Shown: positions 1 through 11,594 of the stretch, in pieces
Position numbering within the stretch: position 1 is the stretch's first letter
How the letters are laid out: the number at the start of each line of letters is the position of its first letter
Assembly: GCA_032718475.1 (NCBI GenBank)
Contig: JAUCBJ010006685.1
Span: 1-64,000, forward strand
Direction: 5' to 3'
From: Nemertoderma westbladi
Taxonomy: Eukaryota; Animalia; Xenacoelomorpha
DNA: 64,000 bases
The notes under the pieces: model-generated
What the model saw: only the letters and a program-made list of their open reading frames with translations
What the model was told of the DNA's origin: nothing
Databases searched by the model: none
Made by a program: the position numbers and the translations under genes

Positions 1-1252
1 ATAATACAATTCAAGCATCCGAATTCAGTCTCCCGGGTGTAGATCCATCGGGTGAATGATCGCGCATGGGCTGACTTCGGCTAATGTTTTGCGTATTAGC
101 ATAAATTATTGTCGTATGCTAAAGTGGTTTTAATTAACGAAAAGACATATAAATTTTGGCAGGTTAAACTGCATAAAAATCATTCTGCTATATACGTGTT
201 TTAGCGGACATGGTAAGACAAAAACTTGTAATGCACAAACCACCTTTCACAGTTTAGCCGTGATGATTCATATTACGACATCTAGCAGCTGGTTGCTGAC
301 ATGGAAACAGCCATTGGCAGCGTGGTTCTTTGTTTGGCTTGGGCCAATCAGGGCGGTTTTTCCTGTCGACGTGTAGCTTTCCTGGAAATCAGGGAGAGTG
401 TTACCTCTGACGGGAGAGAGAGAGAGAGTTGTCACTTTTGTTGTTATTGCTGTCTAAGCCAGAAACACCGGCATTTTTTGGATAGATACTGCTGTACCGT
501 GAACTGCAGAACGGCTTGAATTATCGAAAGTATAAACTGTTACCGCATCTTACTAACTCACTAACTTCACTAATTCATTAATCATATTGTTTGTACTGTT
601 ATTTTACCGTCAGTTATTAATTGTAAATATTTGTTGATGGAAATATTGCTATTTGGATAATACGGATAAATCACCCAATTCCCAATTTTCTTGATAACAC
701 TACAGGTTAGAGAGACCGGCTATATATAACAATTGCGATTTATATTAATGTGGTGTGTATTGAATCCAATGTTATTTAGCAGACCCTACGCGAGTCAATT
801 ACTGCTCTCTTTATGTGTGATCAAATATACTGACTGTCGACAGAATAGTGTGAATGATTGTGATTGGTAACAAAGTATTTCCTAAAGAATACGTTTTATA
901 CTTTAATCATCAGCAGTATCGTTGCGTTTAGTATAAGTCTTAGTTCTGTTTAAATAGGTAAAGCGCCACGTCCTAAAGGAACTGTTAATATTTCCCGAAA
1001 GCCAATAAAATCTGTCAGAGATTAATTATTAACGATCTATCGAATAATACATTAGGTATACACTACAACCTTACACTGTAATAATACAATTCAAGCATCC
1101 GAATTCAGTCTCCCGGGTGTAGATCCATCGGGTGAATGATCGCGCATGGGCTGACTTCGGCTAATGTTTTGCGTATTAGCATAAATTATTGTCGTATGCT
1201 AAAGTGGTTTTAATTAACGAAAAGACATATAAATTTTGGCAGGTTAAACTGC
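1..1252. repeat. Direct repeat with 1080-bp period (1-172 = 1081-1252); unclassified element or tandem unit cut by the window edge
   Basis: Bases 1-172 (ataatacaattcaagc...aggttaaactgc) recur identically at 1081-1252. The second copy ends close to where the pPolB ORF loses homology. Confidence 0.85.
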
Positions 1253-2701
1253 TAAAGGTCTTCGAAAGCGCGAACAACATCTATGTGCTGCACCTCGATA
1301 CTTTCCAGAATAGTGGCAGTGGTCAACAACTTTATCGCAATTACATTTTTCCCCCTGGCAAATCTTAACATCAAACGATTGTTTACAAAAATGACATCTG
1401 AGTTCATTTTGATAGTTGGACTTTTCTTCTACTGTTAAATTATAGGGTTTAGGATATTCTGTATACTGTGTAAATATTGAACCTATAAAATTATTATAAT
1501 AGAGAATCTTGTCTAAGAATTTCTCAACAACATCTGGTCCACTATATGTGATGTATATATCATTTAGAATCTCTTGGTATTCTGACTTTATGTAAAGTCC
1601 AAATGAATAAGGAATTTGTTTGCATAATACATCATTCTGGTTCATTGGTACATTTATGCTTTCAAAGTCTGCAACAATAACAAAAGGTAGCTTTGACTTA
1701 TACCAATACTTTTGAAATTTTAGAATATTATTTTTGTTTTTTATAGGCATGATGATTTTTGCTGATTTATTCCCATAACATAATTCTTCATGCTTTTGTA
1801 GACCTTCTGTTTCAAAGAAACCTCTCAGACAATTCCGACAGTAAAACAAGGAATTAGTAAGCGATGTGTTTTTTAGATTGAAGCCGTTTAAAAATGATGA
1901 AAATTTTGTAATCAAAGTATAATGTTGTTTCTTACAGATGGTGAGAAACAACAAGTCTATCTGCTCTCTATCTCTGAAATTACTAATACGAAGGGGAAGA
2001 AGGGCTTTCTTATCTTCAATACAAAATACATTAATAGCATAATTGTTTTGTTTTTCAAATTTGTTAATTGACTTTAGAGAGACTGGGTAATCTATACCTT
2101 TCATATTTAGAATATTTTCAAATGGTTTATACTTAGTAACTCGACATCTATCTTTTGATTGGGGTTGGATGTGTGCTAATATGCTCCATAGGAAACATTT
2201 TTCATCATCATTCTTCACATTGACAATATAGGTTGATCTAAAAGGTAGTTTTATAAAACTAGACCCACCCATATTTTTAAAAACAGATAATTTTAATTTT
2301 GCTTCAGTGATTTCCTTAAATATCAACCCTGACCCTCCACCTTCCATTTCTTGAACCCATGTAGTTGTTTTAGTTTTTTTCGATTCTATTGCTTGATCAA
2401 TGTTGTTTTCTGAAAGTATTAATTCTGGATCGTGTCTATTGTAATACAATTCAATGTCTCCATTTATAGGATGTATAAATGTTATTCCCATAACAATTTG
2501 CATTTTGATTGATGATTTTGTTAACATTCGTCTCATTTCAATCGAAACTTTGTCTCTTATTGATTCAAAGAATGTATCAACAGATTGTTTTTCAAATGCC
2601 ATAATTTCATATTCAAAAGTTACGTTTTTGAATTGCTTGCTCATGTGCAATTCAACTGAATGTTTACCTGACTGATTTTGTGTATTTGATAAACTTGCCA
2701 T
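1244..2701 (-). pseudogene. Polinton/Maverick (adintovirus-like) protein-primed DNA polymerase B, N-terminal part with endonuclease VII-like insert; 3'-truncated
   Basis: 485-aa ORF with GGSSFIKLP, NVKNDDEKCFLWSILAH, GIDYPVSLKSINKFEKQN, FYCRNCL..F....L.KH...C, exonuclease-like FVIVADFES and CHFC...KVVDHCHYSGKYRGAAH..C. The polymerase palm is missing; the ORF runs into the 1080-bp repeat at ~1275. Confidence 0.8.
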
Positions 2702-3034
2702 TTTATATATATTTTATTTCTTTAAATCAATTATTTATAGATTACATCTTACTTCTAACATTAACCTTTGATCCCAAGATTAAACTATATAGAATGCAAG
2801 TCATTATAAAAATTACTTTAATTAACTTTCAATACCTCGGAGGTTTCAATACCTTAGTTTCCAAATCAAAGCCTACTCATACATTCACAGTTTTTTTTTA
2901 TCTACAATGACCTTTGATCAGCGTGTGAGAACCTATTATTTGCTTAATATATATTGAAATAGCTCCACATGCATTATAAGGAGTCAATTTTAACCTGGGA
3001 TAGTTGGTGCGCTCATTTAGTTGTTTTCTATACT

Positions 3035-5190
3035 ACTGGCCTAGACCTACAGTGTGTATCAATATGTAAAATAGCACTTGGAGTAGGCCTAGACATACAG
3101 TGTGTGCCAATATGTAAAATAGCACTTGGAGTAGGCATAGACCTGCAGTGTAAAATTATGTAAAATAGCACTTGGAGTAGGCCTAGACATACAGTGTGTG
3201 CCAATATGTAAAATAGCACTTGGAGTAGGCATAGACCTACAGTGTGTGTCAATATGTAAAATAGCACTTGGAGTAGGCCAGGACCTACAGTGTGTGTCAA
3301 TATGTAAAATAGCACTTGGAGTAGGCCTAGATATACAGTGTGTACCAATATGTAAAATAGCACTTGGAGTAGGCCTAGACCTACAGTGTAGCAGTATGTA
3401 AAATAGCACTTGGAATAGGCCTAGACCTACAGTGTGTGCCAGTATGTAAAATAGCACTTGGAGTAGGCCTAGACCTACAGTGTGTGTCAATATGTAAAAT
3501 AGCACTTGGAGTAGGCCAGGACCTACAGTGTGTGTCAATATGTAAAATAGCACTTGGAGTAGGCCTAGATATACAGTGTGTACCAATATGTAAAATAGCA
3601 CTTGGAGTAGGCCTAGACCTACAGTGTAGCAGTATGTAAAATAGCACTTGGAATAGGCCTAGACCTACAGTGTGTGCCAGTATGTAAAATAGCACTTGGA
3701 GTAGGCCTAGACCTACAGTGTGTGTCAATATGTAAAATAGCACTTGGAGTAGGCCAGGACCTACAGTGTGTGTCAATATGTAAAATAGCACTTGGAGTAG
3801 GCCTAGATATACAGTGTGTACCAATATGTAAAATAGCACTTGGAGTAGGCCTAGACCTACAGTGTGTGTCAATATGTAAAATAGCACTTGGAGTAGGCCA
3901 GGACCTACAGTGTGTGTCAATATGTAAAATAGCACTTGGAGTAGGCCTAGATATACAGTGTGTACCAATATGTAAAATAGCACTTGGAGTAGGCCTAGAC
4001 CTACAGTGTAGCAGTATGTAAAATAGCACTTGGAATAGGCCTAGACCTACAGTGTGTGCCAGTATGTAAAATAGCACTTGGAGTAGGCCTAGACCTACAG
4101 TGTGTGTCAATATGTAAAATAGCACTTGGAGTAGGCCTAGACCTACAGTGTGTGTCAATATGTAAAATACCACTTGGAGTAGGCCTAGACCTACAGTGTG
4201 TGTCAATATGTAAAATAGCACTTGGAGTAGGCCTAGAGATACAGTGTGTGCCAGTATGTAAAATAGCACTTGGAGTAGGCCTAGACCTACAGTGTGTGCC
4301 AATATGTAAAAAAGCACTTGGAGTAGGCCTAGACCTACAGTGTGTGTCAATATGTAAAATAGCACTTGGAGTAGGCCTAGACATACAGTGTGTGCCAATA
4401 TGTAAAATAGCACTTGGAGTAGGCATAGACCTGCAGTGTACAATTATGTAAAATAGCACTTGGAGTAGGCCTAGACCTACAGTGTGTGTCAATATGTAAA
4501 ATAGCACTTGGAGTAGGCCAGGACCTACAGTGTGTGTCAATATGTAAAATAGCACTTGGAGTAGGCCTAGACCTACAGTGTGTGTCAATATGTAAAATAG
4601 CACTTGGAGTAGGCCAGGACCTACAGTGTGTGTCAATATGTAAAATAGCACTTGGAGTAGGCCTAGATATACAGTGTGTACCAATATGTAAAATAGCACT
4701 GGGAGTAGGCCTAGACCTACAGTGTAGCAGTATGTAAAATAGCACTTGGAATAGGCCTAGACCTACAGTGTGTGCCAGTATGTAAAATAGCACTTGGAGT
4801 AGGCCTAGACCTACAGTGTGTGTCAATATGTAAAATAGCACTTGGAGTAGGCCTAGACCTACAGTGTGTGTCAATATGTAAAATACCACTTGGAGTAGGC
4901 CTAGACCTACAGTGTGTGTCAATATGTAAAATAGCACTGGGAGTAGGCCTAGATATACAGTGTATGCCAGTATGTAAAATAGCACTTGGAGTACGCCTAG
5001 ACCTACAGTGTGTGTCAATATGTAAAATAGCACTTGGAGTAGGCCTAGAGATACAGTGTGTGCCAGTATGTAAAATAGCACTTGGAGTACGCCTAGACCT
5101 ACAGTGTGTGTCAATATGTAAAATACCACTTTGAGTAGGCCTAGACCTACAGTGTTTGCCAATATGTAAAATACCACAGTGTGTGCCAAT
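3035..5190. repeat. 48-bp tandem satellite with a local 238-bp higher-order unit
   Basis: Unit gtaggcctagacctacagtgtgtgtcaatatgtaaaatagcacttgga, ~45 copies. A 46-bp variant (cagtgtagcagtatg) recurs 238 bp apart near 3385 and 3623. Confidence 0.97.
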
Positions 5191-5343
5191 AGATATTTGG
5201 TCAATTTTATTCTTTATAATAATAATAATAATATTTCTGTAGCACTATGACCGGGTTATGAAATGATAAACAATTCAATGGAATGTACTTTGCTTATTTC
5301 CTATGATGTAACTGGATCCATTCGGTAATCTGTCGTAACCGGT

Positions 5344-6313
5344 CTAGCGAAGTAGGAACACTTCATCGAGGCTAGCTTGGGTGGGGAGGGTCCCCATGAT
5401 GGCGCTGGCATTCCCACGGGTGATGGCAATCGATAGCCGCTGGAACAGGAAGGAGGTGGGCCTTGGTTCCCCGGTGGCGAGGGCGATTCGGCGACCGATC
5501 TCATTGAGGAGAACGGTGCCCTCAGCACCGATTGGGCCGAGGGTTTCGGAGGCGACCGTCACAAAGTGATAGTTGTGAGCCAGGTCAGCGTATTTTGCAG
5601 CTTTGGTTGCCTCAGCCGCTGCGGCAGCACCCCCTTCAGTTATCGATGTAATCGGGAGATAGGATTGGGCTAAGGTATCCCGGCAGGTGAAGTCCCAAAC
5701 GAGGCTATGTCCTTGGTGCCAAGGGGCGACAGACATACCGTCTGGTTTCCGGCCATCCTTGCAGAGGTTGGGGGGCTCGAGGGTGGATGATATACCAGCA
5801 GATGACAGGGCGCGGTGGATCACATCGTTGGCCTCAGAGTGGCGGGAGTATTTACCGCAGTTGTGGAGGCAGCTGAGACCATGAGTCCCGCTTGTGTCGA
5901 CGACGGCATCACAGCCTTGACAAGAATGCTCGGCACAGACTGGCGCGCCGAGACGGATGGCGGTGCCAATCCGGACCTGGTCGTCGCTAAGACGGAGCCA
6001 GGGGGAAGCGATGGGGAGCACCTGGAGCCAATCACCTGAGTGTTTAGCCTTAGAGGCGATGAGTCGGGCCTTCGCTTTGGGGGTGTTGGCAGAAGCTAGG
6101 AGGGAGTCGTAGGTTTTGGAGCACAGGGGAGCATCCCAGGCCTTTTGAACAGATGGGTTGGGAGGTGTGTCGGTGCCAGGAGGAAGGAGCGATAGGGCCT
6201 TTGAGATGAGCGGGTTAGTCGAATCGGAGATAGAGGGGGGCAGAAGGGCACGAAGCAGGGGACCGCATCCGAAGACGGAGGCCAAGAAGGCCGGCAGTGA
6301 GACGTCCCTCGTG
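5344..6313 (-). CDS. C-terminal part of the CRE-type ORF: CCHC zinc knuckle plus restriction-like endonuclease
   Basis: CQGC..VDTSGTHGLSC, RHSEAND, RKPDG...W..G.SLVWDFTCRDTLA.SY, AAEATKAAKY, FLFQRLSIAITRGNA. It joins the upstream part in frame once the LTR element and one TSD copy are removed (GGLGVRS|TRDVSLPAFLAS). Confidence 0.9.
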
Positions 6314-6318
6314 CTACG

Positions 6319-6860
6319 TGTGACGGGATCCAGGAGGGATCCCGATTTATCCGGTATTTAGTTCACGCGTCCCCGCCGTGTATAAAGAGTGAATGAAAGT
6401 AAAATGAGTTCTGAAGTTCGGTGTATAATAATAAAGGTATAAGATATAGATATATTGTATAGTATATGGAAGGCGGGATACGGTAACTAAAAGTCCCGTG
6501 CTCCCCTATCTAAACTAATTAACCTATGCTAGCACTACTGCACTGAGATAACTGAATTACTGATATTGGGTTACTGGTTATATTGCACGGTTGGCCTAAT
6601 TACTACCTAATCGATGCCTTGCCCCCCTCTGATTGGTTGATACCCTTGTTGGCACCCCGTGGAGTGTTCCCGTTCACTCCATCTGTTCTCTCTGGGTTAG
6701 GGGTTTGGCCCCTGACCCTTATTGTGTGTGTCTCCTTTGGGGCCTATTGTCCCCATTTACTGGGCTGACACGAGGTTGATTGGTAATCAACCTCGTGCTC
6801 CCAATATTGCTTTATGGCTCACTCTATGGGTTTGTGTTAGCGGAATTGGATAAGCTAACA
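6319..6860 (-). repeat. 3' LTR of element A
   Basis: Matches 12922-13463 apart from one substitution I could see (ccccattt vs ccccgttt); preceded on the minus strand by the PPT. Confidence 0.95.
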
Positions 6861-7379
6861 CTCCCCCCCATGCTATCTTCCCGGTGAGAAGATAGCATCC
6901 ACCAAAAAGTGCGCTACAATTCCGCTGGATCCCGATCTGGTATCGGGTGTGGGGTGGGTTATTTTCTTTCGGAGCCGGCTTTCCGGGCCGCTCCTTATGG
7001 GTATGATATTGCTACCCTCTGGCGTTTCGTGTCGGGCCGATTGTGCGCTTCTCTCACACAATTTTTGTTTCCCCAACACTCTCACCACTCTACTCCAACT
7101 CTCGCATACTTCCGGACCTCCTCGTCCCACACTCTTCCTCTCACTTCTCCTCCCCCACACTTGAATTGCGCCCACGCTCTCTTCGCACTCCGCACTATTA
7201 CTCCATCCCTCATTGACTACCTTATCCCTTCTGACGAATCTCACCCCCCCTCCGTGCCGTCGCACTCAGGAAATGTGAAATCGTCTGGCGTCTTGTCCCT
7301 AGTGCCATAGTCACTTAGCCCCCCAGTCCCAGTCGCTAATTGAGAAAGGTTGTATGACTATAGTACTTACACCACTATC

Positions 7380-8960
7380 TCCGCACTCCGCACTATCACC
7401 TCTCCACTCTCTTGTCACTCCCTAAGGCTTTAATCTCTAATGCTACCCCTGTGCTATCATACTATCTACCTACTGCTTACTAACTCTAACTATCTAACTA
7501 ACTCTGCTAACTACTAACTCTTACTACTTCTAGCTCTAACTGAGAGCCTCTAACTTTCTACTGACTCTAACTCTCTACTAAGTCTAACTAACTCCTACTA
7601 ACTTTCTAGTTCTACTAACTCTACTTGACTCCTCTGAGTCTACCAACTCTGCTAACTAGCTCTACTAACTCTACTCCACTAGCTCTGCTAACTCTACTCC
7701 ACTGGCTCTGCTAACTCTACTAACTAGCTCTACTAACTCTACTCCACTCTTCTAACTACGTGGCGCTTGCGGTGCCCACAACCCCTTTACTACTACTTCC
7801 TTCTTCGTGGCGCTTGCGGTGCCCACAACCACTCTACTATCTGGCACCCTTTGTGCCCTTCTACTACTCAACTACCTCTCTAACACTCTAACCCTACTAC
7901 TTGGCACCCTATGTGCCCTCTCTACTACTCCACTCTCTGGCACCCTATGTGCCCTCTCTACTACCTCTAACACTCTAACTCTACTACTTGGCACCCTATG
8001 TGCCCTCCCTGCTACTCTACTCTATCTCTAACTTTCTAACTCTACTACCTGGCACCCTATGTGCCCTTCTACTATTCTACTCTCTGGCACCCTATGTGCC
8101 CTCTCTGCTACCTCTAACACTCTACTCTACTACCTGGCACCCTATGTGCCCTCTCTACTACTCTACCCTATCTCTAACTTACTTCCTTTACATCCACTCG
8201 CCTGCACGTGACGCTCTGAATGCCGGCAGAGTGGGTACGTTAATTATGTGAACTACTACTAACTCTAACTAACTCTACTAACTCTCTACGTGGCGCTAAC
8301 GGTGCCCACAACCACAACCGGTACTACGTACCCTCTTACTAACTCTACCTCTATCTACGTGGCGCTAACGGTGCCCACAACCACAACCGCTACTACTTTC
8401 TATGTGGCGCTTACGGTGCCCACAACCATTCTACTACTCTACTAACACTCCTAACTAGCGGTACTACGTACCCTCTTACTACTCTAGCTCTCTCTACTAG
8501 CTAGCGGTACTACGTACCCTCTTACTCTTACTAACTCTCTAACGGTACTACGTACCCTCTAACTCTACTAATAAGCGTACTTACGTACCCTCTAACTCTA
8601 ACTAACTAGCGTACTACGTACCCTCTAACTCTCTAACTAACTAACGGTACTACGTACCCTCTAACTCTACTCTAACTAGCGGTACTTACGTACCCTCTAA
8701 CTCTCTAACTAACTAACGGTACTTACGTACCCTCTAACTCTCTAACTCACTACTAGCGGTACTACGTACCCTCTAACTCTCTAACTAACTAGCGGTACTT
8801 ACGTACCCTCTAACTCTAACTAACTAGCGGTACTTACGTACCCTCTAACTCTCTAACTAACTAGCGGTACTTACGTACCCTCTAACTCTCTAACTAACTA
8901 GCGGTACTTACGTACCCTCTAACTAACTAATCGGTACTACGTACCACCCTTTAACTAACT
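7380..8960 (-). repeat. 3' non-coding region of element A: low-complexity spacers with arrays of three short hairpin motifs
   Basis: On the + strand: ~5x gtggcgcNNNcggtgcccac, 7x ggcaccctatgtgcc, ~15x ggtac(t)tacgtacc, within CTA/CTCT-rich spacers. Confidence 0.85.
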
Positions 8961-9029
8961 AACTACTAACTAACTCTTACTACCTAACTTCTACCTACTC
9001 TATTATTTAATTATTTTCATTAATTTTAA

Positions 9030-11051
9030 TTAAATAATTATTTTATATTTTATGCGTGGGAAGGGCGTCTCGCCCTCATTCCCACCCCCCTCAGTCCAAA
9101 ACTTTGGACGACTAAAAACTCTCACGTGCCCCTTCTTCCAGTAGGCACTCTCCTGCTGCCCTCCTATACGTCCTCTAACTCTTCGCCACACTCTCTTCGG
9201 TGCCACCTTTGCTGGCCTCCCCCTTCGTATGTGCGCTGGCATTAGAGCCCTCGACGACCCCCGCTCGTCCCTCGGTATACGCGGTGTCTGCCCGTGCAAT
9301 GCCCCCTCGCACTGTGTCCGTCCTGCGTGTGTATGCAACACGCCTCCTCCTACTTTCCCGACTCCCTTATGTTTGCTAATGGGCTTCTCTGCCCCTGGTT
9401 TAGTCCTTTCACATCCTCTCCCTTTCCAACACTCTCCGGATCTGTGTCCTTTTACCACACATCGATGACATAGTCCGTTTGCGTCTGTGTAGGCTACACG
9501 ATCTCGTTTGGGCAACGCTTGCCAGTACTTACAACTCCTGGTCTTATGGGTTCCGTCCCGATGTAATTGACATTGGAATCCTGGATTATAGCGTTTCCTG
9601 TATAGTCCTTCACGTATCGCGCTTAGGTTTATATGTACCGATTTAATGTTTTGGTTGTCTAGACTCGGCCTACTGGGTATATTGGGATTGTGTTTATTTT
9701 TGGTGTTATTTTCTTTCTGTCCCTGCCACGGTGTGGCCCTGCTACCAGCTAACTGTGGACTAGCAGTCCCCTGTACGGCCGCGTGTGGTATTGACTGTCC
9801 GCACGACCTGTTCTCGTCCAAGGGGTTCGATGTTCTCGCTCCTATTGGGGTATATTGTCGATATTGTGATGGGGGAATGTCACCCTGTCCCCCCCCGGCC
9901 GGTATGTTTGGTACTGGGGTTGATGTTAATACATTGGGGCCCATACGTCTATCTCCAATAACTCCCCCCTCCCCTGGATATATGTTATGTCCCTGTGTAT
10001 TATAGTCATGCTGCTGTACCGATATAGGCCTACCTACCTCTCGCCTACCTACCGGTATGTACTCCGCGACTTCCGGGTTTAATCCCGTCGTTCGCGCTAC
10101 CCCATCGCCTACTCTATCTCTCCCAGCATGGCCTATAATAGTATGTGCAGTAAGGCCTACAGTATGTCCTGCAGTCTGCATGTGCCCTTCCGAACCGAAG
10201 TTTATTCTTCGCGAATCTCGAATCTCCCCGCGACTACTGCACTCTCGATCGGCAGCTATATCCCGTCGGGAAGCTTCTCTTCGATCCCCTCTCCTGTTCT
10301 CGTCTTCGTATTGGTACCTCCTGTACCCCTCTCTTGGCGTGCGGTGCGTTTCTCCGGGGCGACGGCAATCTCCCGAAGTTCGACCCCACTGACTCCCCAA
10401 CTCCATCTCTACTATCGACGGTCCGTTATCCGTCCTCGTACTCCTATCGTTCGTGGCGACACTTCTTCTACTATCTCCTCTTCTTCTCTTTTCAGTGCAG
10501 TATTCCGGCTCATGAGATCTCTCGTCGACCTCCCGGTTAAACTCCACTGTTCTTCTTCCCTCTTCTGATCGGGCTCGACGCTTCGTCCTGCCCTCTCGCG
10601 ACGTCAACCTGCCTCTCTCTGCTCGATCGCACGCCGCTGGGGATACTCGCAATCCCCCTATTACTCTCCGTCGCCGGGTGTTGCGGTTTACCTGATTCGG
10701 CCCGCGCATTATCCGCTGACGGCTGTGGGACACTCTCTGCCCCCCCTCTCTCTCTACTAATCTTCTCGCGGTGGGGTGTCCGTAGCCCCCCCCCCCCCAC
10801 CCGCCACTTCTAACTTCACTACCTCTTACTACACCTCTACACCCCTCTTGTGGGGCATTCTCTGCCCCCCCTCTCTCGCCACTAACTTCTCGCGGTGGGG
10901 TGTCCGTAGCCCCCCCCCACCCGCCACTTCTAACTTCACTATCTCTTACTACACTTCTGCGTCCCTCTTGTGGGGCATTCTCTGCCCCCCCTCTCTCGCC
11001 ACTAATCTTATGTGGTGGGGCGCCGGTAGCCCCCCCCCCCACCCGCCACAT
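9030..11051 (-). CDS. Gag-like ORF of element A, C-terminal part with zinc knuckles
   Basis: FQCQLHRDGTHKTRSCKYW...DANGLCHRCVVKGHRSGEC; closely similar to 42255-44411 of element B; frame breaks fall at G runs. Confidence 0.7.
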   Translation of the reverse strand: MWRVGGGATGAPPHKISGERGGAENAPQEGRRSVVRDSEVRSGGWGGATDTPPREVSGERGGAENAPQEGCRGVVRGSEVRSGGWGGGGYGHPTARRLVEREGGQRVSHSRQRIMRGPNQVNRNTRRRRVIGGLRVSPAACDRAERGRLTSREGRTKRRARSEEGRRTVEFNREVDERSHEPEYCTEKRRRGDSRRSVATNDRSTRTDNGPSIVEMELGSQWGRTSGDCRRPGETHRTPREGYRRYQYEDENRRGDRREASRRDIAADRECSSRGEIRDSRRINFGSEGHMQTAGHTVGLTAHTIIGHAGRDRVGDGVARTTGLNPEVAEYIPVGRREVGRPISVQQHDYNTQGHNIYPGEGGVIGDRRMGPNVLTSTPVPNIPAGGGQGDIPPSQYRQYTPIGARTSNPLDENRSCGQSIPHAAVQGTASPQLAGSRATPWQGQKENNTKNKHNPNIPSRPSLDNQNIKSVHINLSAIREGLYRKRYNPGFQCQLHRDGTHKTRSCKYWQALPKRDRVAYTDANGLCHRCVVKGHRSGECWKGRGCERTKPGAEKPISKHKGVGKVGGGVLHTHAGRTQCEGALHGQTPRIPRDERGSSRALMPAHIRRGRPAKVAPKRVWRRVRGRIGGQQESAYWKKGHVRVFSRPKFWTEGGGNEGETPFPRIKYKIII

Positions 11052-11594
11052 CTAACTTCACTATCTCTTACTTCGTCTCTACACCCCTCTCTAGTCGACG
11101 CACTGTCTTTACTACGGCTGGGTCTATTCACCCCCGCCTCTCTCTCTACTACTGCGTGGCCCACCAGGCCCACTTCGGGTTGGCTCAACCCCGCTACCTC
11201 CTGCCTACCAACTACGTGGCCTACCAGGCCGCCGTCGGGTTGGCTCAACCCTGCCACTTCCTGCCTACTAACTACGTGGCCTACCAGGCCCCGTCTGCCG
11301 GGTTATGTACGTCCGACACGCTCATATTAATAGCACCATTCCCAATATTATTTGTTAAATCAATTAAATTATTAGAATTTGAAACGGGATTATTATTTAA
11401 ATTATTTAAATTACTTAGATCACTACTATTCTCTAAACTTAAATTATTATTCGAATTATTTTGCGGGTTTGAATTGAAATTATTATTTAGAATATTTCTA
11501 TTTAAATTTAAATTACTACTACCCGGTAAAATATTATTTCCTGTAATAAAGGGATTAGGATTATCTACTACGGTACTATTAATATTAACATTTC

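Noticed and set aside
301-519. 72-aa Cys-rich ORF, plus the many short antisense ORFs over the retroelements and LTRs
   Set aside because: No recognisable motifs; they overlap better-supported features or promoter-like or low-complexity sequence.
860-925. Minus-strand CTGATGA...GAAA with a plausible stem II, as a possible hammerhead
   Set aside because: I could not build stems I and III with a correctly placed UH cleavage site.
7756-8950. Repeat-spacer pattern resembling a CRISPR array (also 44435-45400)
   Set aside because: Spacers are low-complexity, related to each other and irregular in length. There are no cas genes, and the context is a eukaryotic LTR element.
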